Source: Candidatus Nanoarchaeia archaeon (GTDB lineage: Archaea; Nanobdellota; Nanobdellia; Woesearchaeales; JACPBV01). From it: a stretch of 64,000 bases of DNA. This document shows, piece by piece, positions 59,346-64,000 of the stretch. The notes beneath the pieces were generated by a model, which had not been told where the DNA came from, did no database searches, and saw only the letters and a program-made list of their open reading frames with translations. Position 1 is the stretch's first letter. Every line of letters starts with the position of its first letter. Both the position numbers and the translations under genes were made by a program. The stretch lies in NCBI GenBank assembly GCA_028279655.1, contig JANQNH010000007.1:35338-99337 (forward strand), in the 5' to 3' direction.

Positions 59346-59547
59346 TTAACATCACCAGTAGCTATTAAGGTGAAACTACATAAATGATTTTTAGCTTCAG
59401 CAAGAATCATAATTTAGTAGTCAACCAAACTATTTAAAGTTGATGTTAAAGATTTAAAGAAAACAAAAAGTTAAGAGATAACTTATCCTCTCAGAATGGT
59501 ATTAACTATCCGATAAATATTTAAACAAAGGAATACAAGAATGGGTT

Positions 59548-59886
59548 ATGGCACATGGAGTATCTCACCATATCCACAAGAGAAAAAGGCAACACCAAAA
59601 CCTGGAGAGATTCCCACATCCACATCCATGGATCAGATTTCTCGATAACCTATTATTAGTCATAGCTATAATCGGACCATTATCCACATTGCCTCAGATC
59701 ATAAAGATATATTGGCAACAAAATGCTGTTGGGGTATCAAAACTGACCTTCTCCCTCTTCGCATTGTTCGACATACCTTGGGCCATATATGGCATTGTAC
59801 ATAAAGAGAAGCCGATAGTAGTTGCATACTCCCTATGGTTCCTTGCAAACGTGATAATAGTTACAGGAACCTTGCTCTATGGATAG
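59548..59886 (+). CDS. SemiSWEET/PQ-loop family transporter
   Basis: 3 TM, LPQI, GVS, WAIYG, PI...N. Confidence 0.85.
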   Translation: MAHGVSHHIHKRKRQHQNLERFPHPHPWIRFLDNLLLVIAIIGPLSTLPQIIKIYWQQNAVGVSKLTFSLFALFDIPWAIYGIVHKEKPIVVAYSLWFLANVIIVTGTLLYG

Positions 59887-59889
59887 AAT

Positions 59890-60234
59890 TCAGACCATCT
59901 TTAGTTTTCCACTAACCTTATCTATCTTCTCTTCCTTGTCAGGACCAATACCTAAGCACGTAACAGTACCTGGCTCCACAACTGTCTTGCCTGCATCCTC
60001 TACCAAGGCAGTAACTAAGTCTAAGTCTTCTGCCTGCTCTTTGTATTTCAGCAGTTCCTTTAGGTCAGCTACCTTAAGGACGACCTTTTTCATGCCTTCT
60101 GACTGCCATCCCTTTATGTCGTCTTTATGTGATCTTATCAATGCTGCTGAAGAGGCATGTGCTACTTGAACATGGGCTTTACCCGGGGGTAATTTTAAGT
60201 CCATTCTTAATAATATAACCTGTTTTAATCCCAT
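59890..60234 (-). CDS. pth2: Peptidyl-tRNA hydrolase Pth2
   Basis: KQVI..R.DL, GK...QVAHA, DAGKT, GIGP. Confidence 0.96.
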   Translation of the reverse strand: MGLKQVILLRMDLKLPPGKAHVQVAHASSAALIRSHKDDIKGWQSEGMKKVVLKVADLKELLKYKEQAEDLDLVTALVEDAGKTVVEPGTVTCLGIGPDKEEKIDKVSGKLKMV

Positions 60235-60273
60235 AGTACTGTAATTTCAATCCTAATATATAAATGTTAAGAA

Positions 60274-61515
60274 TTATCTCGGATTCCTATATTTCTGCTG
60301 AGCTTCCCCATATCTTTTCTTGACAAGAGCCATATCAGCAACATTAATCACAGAAGAACCTGCCCCTACCTGCTTAGGAAGATCAACCCCCATATTATAA
60401 GCATCATCCAGCTGTGTCCTCAGAGCAAAAGCAGCATTATAATTCCTAAGAGCCGAATCAAGATCCCCTTCCTGCATATTGAAAAATCCCAAGTGCATAA
60501 TAGCAGCAAGCTGAAGAGATTTATAATACTCTACACCCTTACCCCATGCTTCCTCTTTTACAGTATCATTAACATTCCTATCTCTAAAATCCTTCTCAGT
60601 ATCATACCAGCCCCTTTCCTCTATTACACTGTATACCTTACTGACAACAGAATCGAGATCCCTAATTGATCCCCTTATCCCTTTTCCCAAATTCTCCTTA
60701 ATTTCAACAGCTTTTTCTTCAACAATAACAGTATCTAGACATGATTTAATCGTATCCTCAGGAAATAACTCCTGCATCCATGGAAGGTCATATGCTTCCA
60801 TTGTCCTTTGCGCTCGCGCACTGGGTTTGTTAGCATTTGTACCCTCAATATACCATGTTCGGATCATAGCCATGCTCAGATAATCCTTCTCTCTTATCAG
60901 CCCATTACGATTTAATACCCGTCTACTTCCAACCTGCTGTTGTCTTATGCCCCTTAATCTTGATAACTCTCGAGCAACATAGGAAATATTCTTCTCAGGA
61001 TCAGAAAGTTTTCTCTGATAATCCCTTATTGTTTTCTCATCCACTTCCTCGAAAGCTTTCAGACTTAAATCCTTCACAACTCCATCCAAGTACATAGCAG
61101 TATTTAGTTTCATCTGCCCTGCCTCAATAGAGGCATTCCCCCCCTTGGATGATTTCCTCTCATCAGCTATATCTTGCCACTTATGCCTACCTATGTTTTC
61201 ATCATAATAATTAACAGCCACAAACCTTGCAGGAAGATCATATTTCTGAGCCTCCCTCCTAATAACATCACGATACTTAGATATAAAACCTAATTCGTCC
61301 CATTCCTTATCCTTTAATCCTGATTGTCCAGAAGCAGCAGCCTGCTTAGCCTCCTCTCTCTCACTCTTAGTAAGATGTTTAGAAAGGTTATCGCTATCAC
61401 TTAATAGATATGCTCCTCCTCCTAAAAAAGAAGCAGCTAAAGATGCACCTGCAGCCGCAACGCCTGCTTTCAAAAAGGATCTCCTCCCTTGATTGATTTG
61501 TCCTGTTTTTTTCAT
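60274..61515 (-). CDS. Tat-exported protein with lysozyme/lytic-transglycosylase-like domain
   Basis: GRRSFLK; I...A.KYDLP......YYDE, SIEAGQM...TA, LSDPEKNI.Y.A..L; C-terminal TPR-like helix. Confidence 0.6.
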   Translation of the reverse strand: MKKTGQINQGRRSFLKAGVAAAGASLAASFLGGGAYLLSDSDNLSKHLTKSEREEAKQAAASGQSGLKDKEWDELGFISKYRDVIRREAQKYDLPARFVAVNYYDENIGRHKWQDIADERKSSKGGNASIEAGQMKLNTAMYLDGVVKDLSLKAFEEVDEKTIRDYQRKLSDPEKNISYVARELSRLRGIRQQQVGSRRVLNRNGLIREKDYLSMAMIRTWYIEGTNANKPSARAQRTMEAYDLPWMQELFPEDTIKSCLDTVIVEEKAVEIKENLGKGIRGSIRDLDSVVSKVYSVIEERGWYDTEKDFRDRNVNDTVKEEAWGKGVEYYKSLQLAAIMHLGFFNMQEGDLDSALRNYNAAFALRTQLDDAYNMGVDLPKQVGAGSSVINVADMALVKKRYGEAQQKYRNPR

Positions 61516-61620
61516 AGTATCTTACCTATATTTTAGCTACTTTCTAGTAGGTAATATTTAAAGGTTACGTATTTGACCTAAAAAATGCAATATTTTTACC
61601 ACTATCTAGCAACAAAAAAT

Positions 61621-61731
61621 CGAAACATTTAAATATAAGCTATTCATTACTATATAGTAATGAAATGAGCTTAGGCTCAGCCCAGGATGAAATCCCCCAA
61701 AACCTTTTTCTGCCTGGGTACTTCTTTTTTT
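61621..61731 (+). ncRNA. Candidate small RNA unit (promoter, palindrome, two stems, T-tract)
   Basis: BRE/TATA at 61621-61635, 22-bp palindrome at 61643-61664, TGAGC/GCTCA and CCCAGG/CCTGGG stems, T7. Confidence 0.45.
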
Positions 61732-61810
61732 AACTTAAAAGTTAATATTCCCTTTCATCACTCTAGCCAACTCGTAAATATTTAAATATCACTCAAATCA
61801 GCAATATATC

Positions 61811-61921
61811 ATGCAAAAAAAACAAACATTGGAACTGCCTGAAAGGCTATATCCAGAAATTGAACTGCCAAAGTGGATGACAATCCAGGAGAAAGCGGTT
61901 ATCAGGTTTGATGACCTTTAG
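61811..61921 (+). CDS. Candidate 36-aa small protein
   Basis: MQKKQTLELPERLYPEIELPKWMTIQEKAVIRFDDL; TTTAAATA 23 nt upstream. Confidence 0.45.
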   Translation: MQKKQTLELPERLYPEIELPKWMTIQEKAVIRFDDL

Positions 61922-62988
61922 ATTTTAAGTTTCTCATTATCAACTGTGATTTCTGGATCTTTGAATATTTGATCTAAGTGAATAATAGCATAGATGCTGC
62001 CCCCAAACCAGTAGTTTGAGCCAATACCTATATGTGCTGTTCCTAGTGTCTTCTCATCTACAAGCGTAGAACCGATAAGCTTAGCATTTGGATTTAGTCC
62101 AATACCAAACTCCCCTACCCTATAGACACTTTTAGGATGTTTTGACCTTCCTGCAGCCCATTTCAGTGTGTTCTCCAGCTTCTTTGCCTCTTCTCCACCA
62201 CCAATGCTAACTATGCTTCCTTCCTCCACCTGCAAGGTGATAGGTTTCTTAATCAGGGTCGTATGCTTATGGTTTCTAGAGCTACCATCAATGACAATCT
62301 TTCCTTCTACCTTTTTCCCTTTGCAGGGGATATATACCTCTCCTGCAGGAAGATTCCCTCCTTTTCCTGGCTCATGATACGTTCCATCAGCTGCTATTGC
62401 TTTCATGCCTTCTATACTATAGTGAAGATCCGTACCTGCATTAGTCTTAACATGCATGTCCTTTGCCCCATCAAGGATACCCTTTATCTCGCTATGCTTA
62501 GCACTCATCGGCTTATAATCAACATCAACAGCAGATATCACATCCTTGAGCTTTTCAGTAGGCAGGTCCCCTAAGCTCAAGGCAGACACAAACCTATGCT
62601 TCTTCTTCTCGCAGAACTTCCTAAAGCTCTTTCCAATTTCCTTAAGAGAACCAAGCTTGTCAGACATATTCACAAAAACAACATTCCCATCCTCCAGGTT
62701 GCTCAAGGAATCGACAATAACATCATCAGCAGGATTCCCCCTGGACCTGGCATCCTGAAGGACTAATTTCGTATCCATATTAAGGGACTTAGCAGCAAGA
62801 TAATAGGCTCCGCTCATTACTGGTGCAATCCTCTTCTTATTGAATCCCTTATCACCCATAATGAGAATCTTCTCATCAGTAACCTTAAAGCAGGGATTAA
62901 ACACCTTCTTAAGATAGAAAGAAGTCTCCTGCGCCAGATCATAAAGATCATTAGCCTTTAACCATTGGATAGATTTTATAGTATCCAT
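61918..62988 (-). CDS. M29-like (thermophilic) aminopeptidase
   Basis: GNLPAGEV, GEFGIGLN, DEK..GTAHIGIG, HLD. Confidence 0.88.
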   Translation of the reverse strand: MDTIKSIQWLKANDLYDLAQETSFYLKKVFNPCFKVTDEKILIMGDKGFNKKRIAPVMSGAYYLAAKSLNMDTKLVLQDARSRGNPADDVIVDSLSNLEDGNVVFVNMSDKLGSLKEIGKSFRKFCEKKKHRFVSALSLGDLPTEKLKDVISAVDVDYKPMSAKHSEIKGILDGAKDMHVKTNAGTDLHYSIEGMKAIAADGTYHEPGKGGNLPAGEVYIPCKGKKVEGKIVIDGSSRNHKHTTLIKKPITLQVEEGSIVSIGGGEEAKKLENTLKWAAGRSKHPKSVYRVGEFGIGLNPNAKLIGSTLVDEKTLGTAHIGIGSNYWFGGSIYAIIHLDQIFKDPEITVDNEKLKI

Positions 62989-63183
62989 AAAAAACAAGTT
63001 TTACAGTTGATTAATAAAAGTTTCGTTTAAGTATCCAACTATTCTCCATTTAGTCAAAGATTAAAAAAATAGACAAATCAGGAGAAAAAGCCTTGTAAAT
63101 GATAATTTAAACCTTCAATTTTTATCATTTTAAAATAGTAAAAAAACAAAAGAATTAAATAGGCAGTAAGATTACCTATTTAT

Positions 63184-63882
63184 ATGGCAGAACTAGAACC
63201 GACTATAGAATTTGTTCAAAGAAGCGTAGAGACACTAACAGGACAAAAATTCCCAAATGCAGTAGAAGCAAATAAAACTAGAGAAGAGATAGATGCTATC
63301 GTTGGCGATTCTAAAAAAGTTGATGCAGAGCTAAAAGATGCCGATGCTGTCATCTACAGAACTCCTCCTCCAGACTTTAAATTCTTTATGTATTTCCCAC
63401 CCCATGTTACTGAAGCACTTTCCACAGACCAGATCCAGGGTTGGTCTCCCGTAATCGAAGAAACATCCCATTTTTGTTTTAATAGCTTCTATGCTCAAAA
63501 ACATGGATTCATACCTATCGGTGCAAATACAGAGATGATTGGAGCGATTGATAAGTACTTTATACTATACGCCTTAAATAGAAAACAAGAAACAGTAAAG
63601 GGAATTGATATGGACCTTGCTGAGGGATGCTTTGCAGCAGCTGAAGATCCAAGTGGCTTTAATATTGAACATATAGTGGGCCATCAGTTGGGTAAGTCTT
63701 TCTTTAATGATATGGCAGAAATGGGTCAGAGTGGCCTTGTTGCGTATCAAGCACTATATGTTGCTGACAATTGGCATCAGGTGAATGCTATACTTGAAGG
63801 CAAGGACCTTCATGAGGTATTTAAGCACAGATTCGATGAGTGTAAGGCATACGTTAGAGAACATTATATGATTGATATCTAG
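63184..63882 (+). CDS. Hypothetical protein with EExSH...E...DKY motif
   Basis: IEETSHF, TEMIGAIDKY. Confidence 0.65.
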   Translation: MAELEPTIEFVQRSVETLTGQKFPNAVEANKTREEIDAIVGDSKKVDAELKDADAVIYRTPPPDFKFFMYFPPHVTEALSTDQIQGWSPVIEETSHFCFNSFYAQKHGFIPIGANTEMIGAIDKYFILYALNRKQETVKGIDMDLAEGCFAAAEDPSGFNIEHIVGHQLGKSFFNDMAEMGQSGLVAYQALYVADNWHQVNAILEGKDLHEVFKHRFDECKAYVREHYMIDI

Positions 63883-63942
63883 ATATGATGCTTTATTTCT
63901 AAAACCCAAACCTATATAAACCAATAAAACACACCTAAAGGT

Positions 63943-64000
63943 ATGATAAAAGCAGTTTTATTCGATCTTGACAATACCCTTATAGATTTCATGAGGATGA
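63943..64000 (+). CDS. HAD-family hydrolase, 3'-truncated by window edge
   Basis: MIKAVLFDLDNTLIDF motif I. Confidence 0.85.
   Translation, partial: MIKAVLFDLDNTLIDFMRM

Noticed and set aside
452..62758. Many antisense or alternate-frame ORFs in the track (e.g. 452-862, 9893-10405, 32367-32882, 37090-37662, 50516-51100)
   Set aside because: They lie wholly within well-supported genes, are Ser/Phe/Ile-rich shadows, and lack motifs

Overview
The window is an AT-rich, gene-dense archaeal chromosome segment, most consistent with a DPANN archaeon of the Woesearchaeota/Nanoarchaeota type. This assignment is inference from BRE/TATA promoters about 25 nt before many ATGs, GGTGA/GGAGG Shine-Dalgarno sites, class I LysRS, Pth2, an intron-containing tRNA, a COG1361/MMPL pair and many bacterial-type enzymes. 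It carries a lot of metabolism for such a lineage: riboflavin (ribB, ribD), argF, purA, the aspartate/DAP-lysine pathway (lysC, asd, hom, dapA, dapB, a DapL-like aminotransferase, lysA), GDH plus an FMN glutamate synthase domain, and a bacterial-type xylose isomerase/xylulokinase operon. There are four toxin-antitoxin-like pairs (2 VapBC, 2 MNT/HEPN). Highlights read directly from the DNA: (1) a two-intron tRNA-Lys(CTT) whose promoter and 5' end lie inside a stop-interrupted LAGLIDADG ORF; (2) an MNT-HEPN cassette flanked by a 41-bp duplication of the neighbouring gene's 3' end; (3) an identical 14-bp palindrome linking an HTH-10 regulator to an orphan operon that lies next to a Tat-exported peptidoglycan amidase, plus a second Tat-exported lysozyme-like protein; (4) a cluster of GAA-triloop hairpins; (5) probable ATA/ATC start codons; (6) an S-component / 7TM / MinD-wHTH module; (7) a candidate small RNA and small ORFs. 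No CRISPR array, rRNA or transposase was seen. All functional calls come from motif recognition, not database searches.
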